Shown here in pieces: positions 52,922-64,000 of a stretch of 64,000 nt of DNA (positions are counted from its first letter, which is position 1; every line of letters begins with the position of its first letter). Under the pieces are notes generated by a model. The model did no database searches. It saw only the letters and a list, made by a program, of their open reading frames with translations, and had not been told where the DNA came from. Source of the DNA: Hyphochytrium catenoides (lineage: Eukaryota; Protista; Hyphochytriomycota); assembly GCA_900088475.1 (NCBI GenBank), contig FLMG01004242.1, positions 90,961-154,960 of the forward strand, written 5' to 3'. Made by a program: the position numbers and the translations under genes.

Positions 52922-55900
52922 ATGGAGCGGCCAACCACCGGTCCGCTCGACGAGGCCCCTCTCGTTGAGCTTGAGCAGCTGTTCTCGGTGGATGGGTCCT
53001 ACGATGGAGTTCCCATTGAGTTTGCGAGTCGACGATCGTCGCGCTCCCAGGATATGGCGATTTTCTACCTTGCGAACAGGAACCTAGTCTGCCGCATATG
53101 CACCACTGTCAGAGATGCGCCTTATTCCAGAGCTTTATGCCGGTTTCCGTGGATTCAGGACTTTCGCCGAAGACTTTGTGCACTCGCCATCTGCCCAGAT
53201 ATTGAATGGGTTGCTTGTGTTACTTCCAACCGAAGCATTTACTTTCACCCCTTCTATCACTATTGCGTGAAGACAGAGCGACTGCGACTCAAGCTAGAGG
53301 ATCAGCAGATAGATGAAAAGGTCACGGCCAACCTGGCTTGCTTCTTCACACCCACAGATATGGCAATGAGCATCAGGTGCGGGCGTGGGTACTATCTTTC
53401 TTACTTCCCCGACTGAAACCCGCTGGTGCAGATATAAGTCGATTACTGTTGATAACCCCATAGGAGACGAGCTCGAGCCTCTCATGCTGGATAAGTCTCT
53501 CGGCATCCCTAGTGCGACCTTCTGGTGGAGACGCGCTCATCTCGGCCTGAAAGAGGATAGAGAAGTTCTCATTGTGGGAACGTCAAAGGGATGGATTGTT
53601 TTTGTCAGTGTCTTTCAGGGAAAAGAGCTCTTCAGGCTTGATGTAAGGCTTCTTTCCTTGCTTCTGGTCTCATTGAGATCCCTAAGAGTGCTAGTACTGC
53701 AGGTATCCCGAGAAATCACCAGCTTAGAGGTCATCGTGCAAAATGGAGAAGAGGAGGAGGAGGAGTATCTTCTTATTGGATCACGATCGGGAAGCGCTTC
53801 ACTGTTGCTTGAGAAGGTACTACTTGGCTCGTCTGATAGAACATGGCCTCCGCGATAACCATGAACTGCCGTCTTTAAAGGACTGCGGCATCTCTTCTCA
53901 TCTGTCAGTATTTGAGGCGAAGGACCAGGATGATTTCGAGCCTAAGCAGCTAGCGGGTGGTGACCAAGCGATGACCGTTCAACCGCTAAGTATCGTCAAC
54001 TTTGATGTTGTTGACCGGTTCCAGATCGCTGCTTTTAAAGCTGATAACACCAGAGAGATAGCGTTTGGGTTGCACATATGCGCCCCGCTGAACTCGTGGC
54101 GGAAAGTAGAGCTGCCCGTGGAAGGTTCGATACTCTTCGGCTCTCCTAAGTTCATCATAATGTTCCAGACTTCTGCCTCGAAGTCCTTGAAGGTGGGAAT
54201 AACTGGTCCTCCGACGTGTACGAATTTCAGGAACTCTTCCCGCTGTTCGTTCTGAAAGTGAAGGAGACAGGACCTAACCCCATGACACAGATTCTGCTTC
54301 TCATGCCGCGGCCGGAGGACAGCTGGGCATTTGAGGTCAAGGCGGAGATGGAGCTCAAGGACAAGGAACAGAGGCCTCTTGCCCTGCCGCCTACCATCCA
54401 GATAACTGAGGTGGTCGATCATAGCTGCCTCTATATCTGCACGAGGCACAACCTGTACGCACTGAGGCCACTCTATTCCTCGCAGATACTTGAGCAGCTG
54501 CTCATGCAGGTACGGAACGGGCATTACGAACCTCAAATCTCTTTTTGAAGCTCATCACGCCCACATCTTACCTTAGAGAGCTCTCACACCGGCCAGAGCT
54601 TCCAGATTGGGTGCCTTGATTGGCCTTAACACAAGTGGCACCTTCCTGAAGATTGCAGACGAAGCTTGCAAAGGTGGAATAACGAGTGAAGGTAAGTTCT
54701 CTATCTTCTTCTTCGCGTGGTCCCTGCACCTTCTGACAACAATATTGCTCGGGACTTTGCAGAAGAACGAAACTGGGTCCTCCAACTGTATCGTATGTCC
54801 AGGGCTCGTCCTGTGGCCATTGCGATGAGCATGCTTTCCTCTGGGTCTTATGAACTTGGAGCCAACTTCATTGGCCCCTACATCTTCTCGCCCAAAGACG
54901 AGTTCGGGCTTCCCGAAGAGGAGCTGGAAGAACTGGCTAATCTGATGCTCCAAATTATGATCCACCTATGCATTGAAGAGGACGTTGCTGATATCAGTGA
55001 TCAGCTAGAAATAGATTCTCAAGAGGAGGGCGCCGTAGATAAAGTGCAATGTCTTCAAGCGACTTCACGCTGGAATAGGCAGAAAATAGGTGACTTCATT
55101 GGATCGGTGGAGCTGTATGACCCCCATCAGGCGCTTAGGATGCTGGCAGACGCGGGAATGGTGACGGAAGCCCTGATTGTTGCTAAGCAGTGGGAGCTGT
55201 TCCCTTCAGTGAGTTTATTCTCTGTTTCTATACCTGCAAGAGGTTCCTAAACTTCGGTCATATAGGCTCTAGAGCTCATAGAACAGTCAGGCTTCATTAT
55301 GGACGAGGACGAACTGGCCTACTTGGTCGACCAAGGGCAGGCAGCAGCGTTGCTCCGTTGCCAGACGCTACTAGATCGGCTCCGTCCAGAACTGAAGCTC
55401 AAGCTCCTTTCTGATAGCGAGGGTTTAGATTCAAGCACCCTTTTGAAGGAAAGAGAATGGCTCTATAGGAATCTTGCTAGTCTTGACATAGACCTTGCCG
55501 AAAAGTTGTCTGGGGCCCTTCTCCAAGCCTTTCCTTCTCTGACGACTGTTACTGAGGACCCCAATACTGGGTCTCACCTCTTCTCGAGCAGTGGCAATCT
55601 CTTTGGGAGCCTGGTGAAGGTCCCGAGTGCCGCCAGCTCCTCATCTCCTCGAGCACAGACCCCACAACATTCGTCCGCGCCAGTACAGATCAGAGTATGT
55701 GAGCTTTATATTTTACTGCTGCTGCGGATCTCCGCAGTCGCTCAACCTCAGTCTGAGAAGGCGACAGCTAACAAGATGCTTGAGACCGAACTGCAGAGAC
55801 TAGACGGCATCTACCGCCGGAATATTGTTCTGATTCACTGCGTCCAGTTTAAGAATTATTCGACGGCGGCCTTCATCTGTGCCATGGCTAATGATCAAGT

Positions 55901-56768
55901 GAGACAACTGGAGTTCAGCCTGCAAAGCGCTTGGCGAATCAGGGAAGAACTTCAGGCCGATTCGTCCCACCTGCAGGCGACAGAAGACTTAATTCTTCAG
56001 GCTCTCGAAGATTGGGTCATAAACCAGGGTGAAGCCGAGTCAGATAAGCGATTGGAGCTGTTTACCAAGCTTCTTTACTACTGGAAGGAATTGGGCCTGT
56101 CGATGGAGCCTTTGGAAAACCTTTTCAGCAGAAGTGACCCTGATGACGAGGATGATGTCACAGCAGCAGGTGGTTTCCATGGTGAGGTCATTGGCTTCCT
56201 CACAGAGATTCTTTGCGGCAAGGAGGGTTCTCTCCATTCGAATGGCTGGAGAGGGGGATTGAAAGGTACTCACCCAATACTCCGGCCTGCCTACGTAGCG
56301 GCAGTCCGTGAGCTGCAGTTTTCTCAGAAGTTGCTCATGGCGGTTGTTGCTGACCACTTTAAGACCACAGGGATCGAGAGGGACACGCGAAGGGTTCGCA
56401 AATTGCTCTCTTCTATTATAATGAACCTGCGCTACATGGAGCCACCAAGCCAGTATGCGTGCGTAACAATGGAGGGAGTGGAACAGAATGGAAGCGTTGT
56501 GGGGAGCCTTGTCGTCTTCTCATGCGGGCACGCTTACACTACTGAACAGTTCAAACAAGCTGTGCTGCCAGAGCTGCAGCTTAGACTAGAAAAGCTAGAG
56601 GACGACTCCTACTTCCTGAATCGGCTGGTGTTCAAGCAGTACCATGACTTGTTGGAGGGGAGTCATACAACGGACATAGCTTGCCCATGCTGTGTCCTCA
56701 ACTCCATTTGTCCTACAAAAGGATACTCGCTGTCTCAGGCGCTAAGCATGGGGCCAAAAAGATGGTGA
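52922..56768 (+). CDS. Uncharacterised large protein: beta-propeller-like N-terminus, alpha-solenoid and degenerate C-terminal RING-like motif (HOPS/CORVET/BLOC-type architecture); multi-exon
   Basis: WD-like strands LCALAICPDIEWVACVTSNRSIYF and VLIVGTSKGWIVFVSV, a Leu-rich helical middle, and C-terminal LVVFSCGHAY...CPCC. Short GT-AG introns (e.g. 53377-53431) join the ORF-track pieces. Confidence 0.6.
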
Positions 56769-57657
56769 AGGGATTGATACATATCTATTAACCGTTGCAG
56801 CGGAAACTAAAGCTACTCAGAGGCTAGGCCCACGCCGGGCCACTCTGGGCTTAGACTAAGAAGGAGCAGCTCTTCGTCGGAATAGTACTTCTGAACCTGG
56901 TTTAATATCTCAAGAAGTTATTGCGAAAGGACATAAGTGCTGAGACCCAAATGGTTCAGAGCTTCTGCGCTCATAGCCCCCTGTCATAACATCTTTCCCC
57001 TGTCTACCTGCTCAGCGGGTACTCCTCTCAAACACACACATCGAGTCTTTCACTCAGCAAATGGCGAGTCTTTATATATTTGAACTGAAAGACGTGACTG
57101 CTCGTTAGGTAGGTGCTCCTATACGTCAAATGGACTTTGGGCGAGCTCTTGCTACGAACAGTTGCTAGGTGACCAATCCCTTGCTGCTTGGGAGAGTGTC
57201 TCTAAGAAGATCTGCGGTGGGTAGCAGCGAGAACAGTTTTAACTGTCAACTCCGATCAGTACTCGTCTTGATTGACTAGGAACAGACCGACAGCGGCGCC
57301 ATCCTCGGGGCTTTAGCCGAGAGTTCTGACCAGCTGCGGCGCCATCTTCCCAAGCAACGTCATAATTTTCTTCATGACGAAGACGAGCTGCTTGTGGACC
57401 AAAAGCTGTCCTCACCGCACCGGACAGTCGTTACAAAAGGCCGCTAACGGTCGGCTGTACTCCTGGGGGATGACTGCTGGTGAACTTGAAGATGACGTTA
57501 CAGCCACTCCCTTTCCTGCGTTTCCCTCCCGTCCTTCCTGCCAAACTTTTCCTCCACTTCGTCATCCATCCTTCTCTTTCTCTCGCCTCCACAAGGAATG
57601 ACTATTTGCTCGACGTAGAGCGAGTGCAATAAGACGCAGACAGCGGCCTCTCTCTTG

Positions 57658-57709
57658 GGAGAGAGAGAAGAGAGAGAAGAGAGAGAAGAGAGAGAAGAGA
57701 GAGAGAGAA

Positions 57710-57749
<40 letters not shown>

Positions 57750-57750
57750 G
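57658..57750. repeat. (AG)n / (GAGAGAAGA)n purine tract
   Basis: 9-mer GAGAGAAGA repeats grading into (GA)n. Confidence 0.9.
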
Positions 57751-58073
57751 AAAGGTATGTCTCTTTCAGGTAACATACCAGGACAGCTACTCTCTCTCGC
57801 ACAGGTACCTGCGCCATAGGTGTGTCTCCTGCCGCCAGCCTGCGCTCACTGGTGCCTCTAGCGCCATTCTTATAACTCCAAAGAACTTTGTTTCGGTGCC
57901 AGAGGTCCGGGCAACAACGGTTCATTGCCACAGACACAGTACAACTAGGGCAGCACGGAGGGAGATACTCTTTGAGACGCAAACACTTCGTGGAAGAGAC
58001 AGTGTGCACCGGCTCTCAAGTTATACAACGGCTGTGACATAGAGGAAACGATACGATAGAAAGAGTTGACACA

Positions 58074-59878
58074 ATGACGGTGAAAGGCTTCAAGATCGAT
58101 CGGACAGCTCTTTCACGCTATGACGTGCTAAAAGGCTACCGATATAGCCCACGAGCAACTCATAGCGGGGTAAGCAAGGGAGTCTCGACTTTCAGAGCGC
58201 AAACTGCGAAACAGCGGAAAGAAGTGGAGACCAACAACGCAGGACCTGAAAGTGATACTATGACTCTCTTGATGTCTCCGAAAAAGCTCCAGGGAGAAAG
58301 ATACAGCTTCCAACGCCACAACATCTTAAAGGCCCATCAAGAAGAGTCAAAGGAGCGTCTCTTCAAAGGAGCAAAGTATGTCGGCTGCACACCGGAGGAA
58401 GAAGCCAGTAACCACCCTAATCAATCCGAAGACAGCGAGACAGAGACAGAAAGTGAATCGGAGCTCTTTTCAAGCCCAAGGCCCAGTTACACAGAGATCG
58501 TACCCTCCGCCAGTAGCAGCATAATTCTAGCGGTAGATAGCATTCTTTCGAACACTGAGAAGGCTGTTCATAAGGCGCTCGAGCCAGAGGACAATTCCTC
58601 TGATCCACTTGTGGCTTGGGCATCTCAGAACCTTCGCGAAATTGAGGAGTTTCTGAAGATTGCCGACGACATTTACCCAGCAGCTGAAAGCGAACCAGCG
58701 GAGGAGACGAAGCAGCATCCTTCTACTTCTATTTCTGGTCACCCTGATTTAGCGGAGGAACAGCTAACACAGATGACAGAAATAGATGCGCTCATCTCTG
58801 AGACCAGAGAGCACCTAAAGGACTTTGAATCCGCGGCGCTGCCAAGCCCTATGCCAGACAAGTCGTCCATAATAGCCCAGGAGGCGCTGGACTCTCTAAT
58901 CTCCTCCGCCATCGCTATGGATAGCGAGGAAGCGTGCACCGCCATGGAAGCAGAAGTACAGGCTTTACTGTCATTGGCGGAGGATTCGGTTCGAGCGCTC
59001 TCTCCTAAGAGATGTGAGACAGATGACGCTATGCCTGCAATGCTACAGGTAGCCGATGAAGCTCTGGAGGCGCCAGGAATATATCCAAATGACACAGACT
59101 TCTCTACTCTCTCCGCTGTTGAACTCGAGGACCATTCAGGAACTGCAGGCGAGACCCTAGTAGAACATAGAAGCACTCTTACTTCAGCCTCTATACCTCA
59201 GCATCAGAAAGGATCAAAGAGGAAGCGTGTTCGAACTGAACCCAGTGTCTTGGTGCTGAAAAACCGCTTCCAGCTTGCTAAGGTATGGACTGCCGCTCGT
59301 ATCCTATGTAGCTTGATACTAGTTCTAACGACTGTCTGTTTGTCTATCTACCCTAGACCGAAGTGTCCTCCGCGCCGTGGGAGGCCGCCAGTCATATAAT
59401 GAGGTTGCTGGCGGTGATGAGGGCTCTAGTGTTATATTTTGTGCGAAGCGTTCGCGCTGAAGTCCTCAGTATCATGGCGTCCCCAGTGCCTTGCATATCA
59501 TGGAGCATGGCGAAGTGGCTGATCCGAAGACCATCGCACCTGCAGGCTTCCAAAACGTTAGAGTCTGCCAAGAGATTGAGTGAAGAAGAATTAAAGCTCA
59601 AGATTGTTGCTGCACTTCAGAACAGGAGGAAGAGCGGAAGACGCTCTAGGATCACGTCCAGCCGATACATTGGAATTGCTGAGCTCCTATATGCGGCTGT
59701 CCTTCTCTGGTCGATGTATGCTCTGCTGCTATGCGACCATAAAACTATACTAGACGGACTGTCTCGCCGGGCTGTGGCAACCGTCCTTGATTCTGGAATG
59801 GGTCGTCCCACCAATGGATTGTTTGGCGACGAAAGCCTAAGGCTGTTTCCTCATGGTCGTAGCAGGTCACGAATGTAG
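58074..59878 (+). CDS. Hypothetical protein: acidic low-complexity region and C-terminal hydrophobic (putative TM) segments; 2 exons
   Basis: A 441-aa ORF joins the 59363-59878 frame via a phase-0 GT-AG intron at 59283-59356. Hydrophobic stretches LLAVMRALVLYFV and IGIAELLYAAVLLWSMYALLL. Confidence 0.6.
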
Positions 59879-60357
59879 TTGTCTATGAGACCCCAATTGT
59901 CCCAGCAACCACCGTTAAGAGCTACGGGCGGTGTCAGTACATAGAAGCAAAAGGTTAGCCCTATGATGTACACTACTCATCGGTGAGGGCATTGGCAGTG
60001 CTATAGCCTCAGTGTCACCAGGACTACTGTCTGCATTCTATTATCCAAGAGCTCTTCGTTTGTTTAGCCGCTGTTGCCTAGCTGATTTTAGGGAGTCAAG
60101 GTTCTTCGTCTTTTTTACTCTAGCGATGGATGTGGATTAATGTGAGCATCTCGCCCTTGACGATTCATCGACCGTCTGCGGCCAGCGATTGAGACCGTAA
60201 AAGTACTATAGAGCTTTCAGTTTTAGTTATAATAGTATGGACCATGTGAATGTACATAGATCACGTCGACGGATCCGCGTGCCTTCGGACTTGGACCTCT
60301 TCAAGGCTAAATAGATGGATGTGTCGCACCTAAGTCAAGACCGTAACCGCATCGTCT

Positions 60358-62733
60358 TTAGGATACCACCACATCTAGGCTCCGCAAGTATTCTCTAACA
60401 AAGAATGGCCGATAGTGGTCGCTGTCTTTCATGATGGGATGGCCGTACAGCTCCAGGACCTCACAAACATCTTCCCAACATGCGTTGTCCGCGAGGTCAA
60501 TCTTAACTGCACCTGACGCCTCAATGCCCTGTTCTACCTTACGAATCAGCCATTCATGCTTCTTACGGAAAGCACTGAGAGAGATAGGCTGCATGTTTTC
60601 AGGGACTAGACCCTGTGGGTTTGACATATAGAAAGGGTTGAACTCTCGACCCTCAGGGCCAACAGTGACCATGTAGACTTTCGTTTTTCCTTGGGCCGTT
60701 ATCTCCTTGACATCGTTGAACAGCATCTCCAGAAGTCTATCCGCATCTTTAGGGCTCTGATAGCTGCAGCTGTCCACATACCCGCGCTTGCAGCAGGGTA
60801 AGGGGTCATGCAAGGGATCAGACTCTTGGCCGCCTGGTCGTATAAATTGGGGCCAGTTAAAGGAGATCAGGAGCGCCTTGGGACCTAGCTTTTTTACCAT
60901 CTCCATGGTAGGCCCATAGGTTTTGGTGCATTGAAGCGGCGGAGTACCATCCCAAGCTTTGTATATTACGCTAGGAAAGCTTCTGTTTGTCGCTCTAGCG
61001 TCGTCATACAGCTTAACAAACCTGTGGGACAGTTGGCGGGCGTGAGAGTCTCCAAAGACAACGACAGTCTCACTCTGCTCTGGGTTCAAGACCCAGCCAC
61101 CAAAGAGGTAGTGGTAGCTAGAGTTACCAAGGAGATCACCAAAGCCGTCAGGAGGAAATTTCCAGTCATGAATCGCTGCTCGCACTTTCTCCACTGTGGC
61201 ATTATCCCTGCGAGGACCTCGACTGGAGTTGATGATCACTGGTTCACGAGTAAGTGAAGCTCCACCGCCTTCGACTGTAGAGCCTTCCTTTACGTTATTG
61301 CCTGTCGTCCCGATGTCGACATGGACGTCCAATCGAGAAGTGGTGGCTGAAAGATAAGAGAAAGACCCAGCGTTCATGAGCACTACTGTTGCCAGCAAGC
61401 TCATGGCCACCATATAAGCGGACAGCCTAATCACCAGAAACTTAGATTTCCGATGCCGAACCTTCTGCTCAAGAAGATNNNNNNNNNNNNNNNNNNNNNN
61501 NNNNNNNNNNNNNNNNNNNNNNNNNNGGTAGCTAATAGCACCCACAAAGACCATAAAGGGATGAGCGAGGAAATAATGGTTGGGAGCTGCGTCCTGCCCA
61601 GCTGCTATGATTAGCAGGGCACCAACGGTGGGTAGCAGTGCCCAATAGCCGGGAAATGTGCTTTCCTCGTCTAACAGGATGAAGCTAAGGATGACCATGG
61701 CAAACCCAAGTAGAGAGATAGAAGTGGAAGCGCTGTAGAGCCTTTGACTATCCGGGGATTTCTGTGTTCTACGAGAAGGAATCTGCTGCGTCCGCCGCAG
61801 ATGGTGGTAGGCGAGGATGCTGCCGACAGTCATCTGCCAGAAGCGACTCAAAGGGGAGTAGAAGGATAGCTTTGGGTTAGGCCCAACTGTGGCAACATTG
61901 AAGAAGAAGGAGGCAGCTGTGTAGGAGAAAAGCAGAGCGAATGCCCTTTTTGGAGTGGAACGGGCAACGATAGCTGCCAGGAATGGCCATACAATATAGT
62001 ACTGCTCTTCCACACCCAAAGACCAAAGATGCAGGAGAGGGTTGGCATTCACTTCAGGATCGAAGTACCCGCCTTTCAAAGACAGAATTTGAAGGTTGGC
62101 GGAGAATAGCGTTCCGCCGATCAGCGTCCTCATCATGGCCTGTAACTCATCCTCCCACAGAGCGAAGCATCCCAGCACCACCGAGCAGAGTAGCACGAGC
62201 AGCAGTGCCGGATAGATTCTCCGTATCCGCCGGCTATAGAAGTTGGCATAGGAGAATGCGCCCTTTTGGTGCTCCCTGTAAATGATGCCTGAGACTAGAT
62301 AGCCGGAGATGACAAAAAAGACATCAACGCCTATAAATCCACCTGGAAATAGCTTTGGCCATGCGTGGAATATAACTACGGCCACCACCGCGACGGTGCG
62401 CAAGCCATCAATGTCTGCACGGTAGGCGAGGGTGGGATGTCTATCGAGCGGAGCTTTATTGGGCGTTGAGATGTGAGAGTCTCGCTCATTGTCTCTGTTG
62501 ATTGACACAGTTATTGCAGTGGGATCGTCGGCTTTCTTTCTATGCTGTGGGCCAACGCCATCGCCGCCGATGCAGTCAAACACCTGCAGACACCATAAGA
62601 AGGAGGTCTGAAGAGGGCGTGGCCAGGAAGCTACACTAAGAATAGCGGTTCCGAGGTGGAAGATAGGCGATAGGATTGGAAAAAGTGATCCCTGAAGTGT
62701 CTTTACACGGACCTGATGGCCTTGAGCCTTCAT
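60358..62733 (-). CDS. OafA/OatA-like acyltransferase-3 + SGNH protein, paralog 2 (inverted relative to paralog 1); spans an assembly gap
   Basis: Same motifs as paralog 1 (YRADIDGLR, FFVISGY, RRIRRIYP, HLWSLGVEEQYY, GDSHARQ, KDSDHY), with long identical runs. Probable in-frame 129-nt intron at 62584-62712. Confidence 0.9.
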   Translation of the reverse strand: MKAQGHQVRVKTLQGSLFPILSPIFHLGTAILSVASWPRPLQTSFLWCLQVFDCIGGDGVGPQHRKKADDPTAITVSINRDNERDSHISTPNKAPLDRHPTLAYRADIDGLRTVAVVAVVIFHAWPKLFPGGFIGVDVFFVISGYLVSGIIYREHQKGAFSYANFYSRRIRRIYPALLLVLLCSVVLGCFALWEDELQAMMRTLIGGTLFSANLQILSLKGGYFDPEVNANPLLHLWSLGVEEQYYIVWPFLAAIVARSTPKRAFALLFSYTAASFFFNVATVGPNPKLSFYSPLSRFWQMTVGSILAYHHLRRTQQIPSRRTQKSPDSQRLYSASTSISLLGFAMVILSFILLDEESTFPGYWALLPTVGALLIIAAGQDAAPNHYFLAHPFMVFVGAISYXXXXXXXXXXXXXXXXXLLEQKVRHRKSKFLVIRLSAYMVAMSLLATVVLMNAGSFSYLSATTSRLDVHVDIGTTGNNVKEGSTVEGGGASLTREPVIINSSRGPRRDNATVEKVRAAIHDWKFPPDGFGDLLGNSSYHYLFGGWVLNPEQSETVVVFGDSHARQLSHRFVKLYDDARATNRSFPSVIYKAWDGTPPLQCTKTYGPTMEMVKKLGPKALLISFNWPQFIRPGGQESDPLHDPLPCCKRGYVDSCSYQSPKDADRLLEMLFNDVKEITAQGKTKVYMVTVGPEGREFNPFYMSNPQGLVPENMQPISLSAFRKKHEWLIRKVEQGIEASGAVKIDLADNACWEDVCEVLELYGHPIMKDSDHYRPFFVREYLRSLDVVVS
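61479..61526. other. Assembly gap (48 N) inside acyltransferase paralog 2
   Basis: Run of N. Confidence 0.98.
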
Positions 62734-63304
62734 GGCAGTAACACAAATATCTGTTGCGCCTTTGTTGGTCAGCCAAATGGAGAAAATAAGAGGAAAGCTA
62801 GAAGCTGAAGCTCTGGACTACTAGGTCTTGAGCACAATACGCGTTGTGCTTGCAGCCCGATAACTTATGAAGTGCTGCGTCTGGCTATGGGAGTACAGAG
62901 GTCGGCCCGCTGCTGGCGCCGAAAAGATGCGTCGTTTCGAGCACTGCCGCGGGAGGTTTCAAAGAAAGAGAATCAAGCTATCTTTCAAGGGACCGTTGCA
63001 CTCAATGGCTGTCGGTCCTTGAAGGACCAAAAGCTTCACCGCTCTTCTTTGTCCCTCTCCTCTGCCTAGCTGTGCTTGCCGGCCAGCACCTAGGAACGGC
63101 GACTTCATGAGGAAGGGTGGCTCCGAACCGTTTTTCCCCAAGCATTGTCTTCTGATGGGTTTCCTACGGTTGGTGCTGACAGCAGCAAGCACGGCGGCGA
63201 GAGTTTTTCATAGAGGAATGAATGGCTTCACAGCTTGTTTCCTTTCTTCTCTCCTGGACGGGGAACTTGATGGGAGAGTCGCATTGCAGATATAAGCTGG
63301 AGAT

Positions 63305-63475
63305 CAGAAAGGAGAGAGAGCGAGAGCGAGAGAGAGAGAGAGAAAGAGGGAGAGAAAGAGAGAGAGAAAGAGAGAGAGAAAAAGAGAGAGAGAGAAAGAG
63401 GGAGAGAAAGAGAGAGAGAAAGACAGAGAGAAAGACAGAGAGAGAGAGAAAAAGAAAGGAAGAGAAAGAGAGTGA
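63305..63475. repeat. (AG)n/(AGAGAGAA)n purine microsatellite
   Basis: Long imperfect GA run upstream of paralog 2. Confidence 0.9.
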
Positions 63476-64000
63476 TGAATGTCCAATGACAACCGACTAT
63501 CTGAACCGGAGTTTATTCCAATGTCTAGGCATATCTTAGACTAAGGACTTTTCCCTAAGGTCACAGAAGAATAAAAAGTAGGATATAACGGCGGAATGCA
63601 CATTTTATCTCTTTATGAAGCCGGACATGTATGGTAGACCATAGAGTTTGGATTGAAAACTAGCAAAACCCTGATTATTAGAAACTCTGATGGGGGTTAC
63701 ACTGTTTCTTAATATTGTCAAGAGCTACCTGTCTTGTGGGATCGGTCATTTCCTTCAGTCATACAGAACCCTGGCCTCCCACAGACTGAACCACCCGAAG
63801 AGGTACCTGACGAAGGGAAGGGGAAGTTATCCAGTTTACATAAAGGTATTATGCGTGACAGATACTGTTTCTTACCACAACGTACCCACCCATCTGACTG
63901 TCATTTGGACTGTGGGAAATTTGACTGAAGGGTAGAAAACAGGAAAGAAACGGGGCCATATCGAAAGCGGTTGCGTCTACACGCACTGGTGCTCGACACC

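Noticed and set aside
63690-64000. Possible LTR or gene start at the window end
   Set aside because: Only short ORFs without motifs and no second copy within the window.

Overview
Gene-dense, intron-rich eukaryotic (protist-like) nuclear DNA with mostly GT-AG introns, CT-rich sense-strand introns and many (AG/CT)n microsatellites. The START-like+FYVE gene suggests a stramenopile, and the CDKL kinase and ENO4-like gene suggest a flagellated stage; both are inferences. Genes reconstructed by hand-splicing, in order: CDKL kinase (+); predicted catalytically dead enolase with an N-terminal docking domain (-); a weakly supported, possibly decayed Sec23/24-like gene (+); COQ9 (-); an intronless prokaryote-type GH18 chitinase (-); a giant coiled-coil protein with 24 IQ-like repeats (+); a bacterial-type TsaE/YjeE ATPase with an organelle-like presequence (-); SNM1/PSO2 nuclease (+); a 25-bp minisatellite followed by an OafA/OatA-like acyltransferase-3+SGNH gene (+); a START-like+FYVE-like protein (+); MED12 (-); a HOPS/BLOC-like propeller-solenoid-RING protein (+); an acidic hypothetical membrane protein (+); and a second, inverted OafA-like paralog (-) interrupted by an assembly gap. 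No rRNA, tRNA or CRISPR array was recognised. The most notable items are the prokaryote-type genes (TsaE, GH18, two AT3-SGNH acetyltransferases), the IQ array with embedded RRxS sites, and the docking-domain pseudo-enolase. Exon boundaries are manual predictions, and family assignments come from motif recognition, not database searches.
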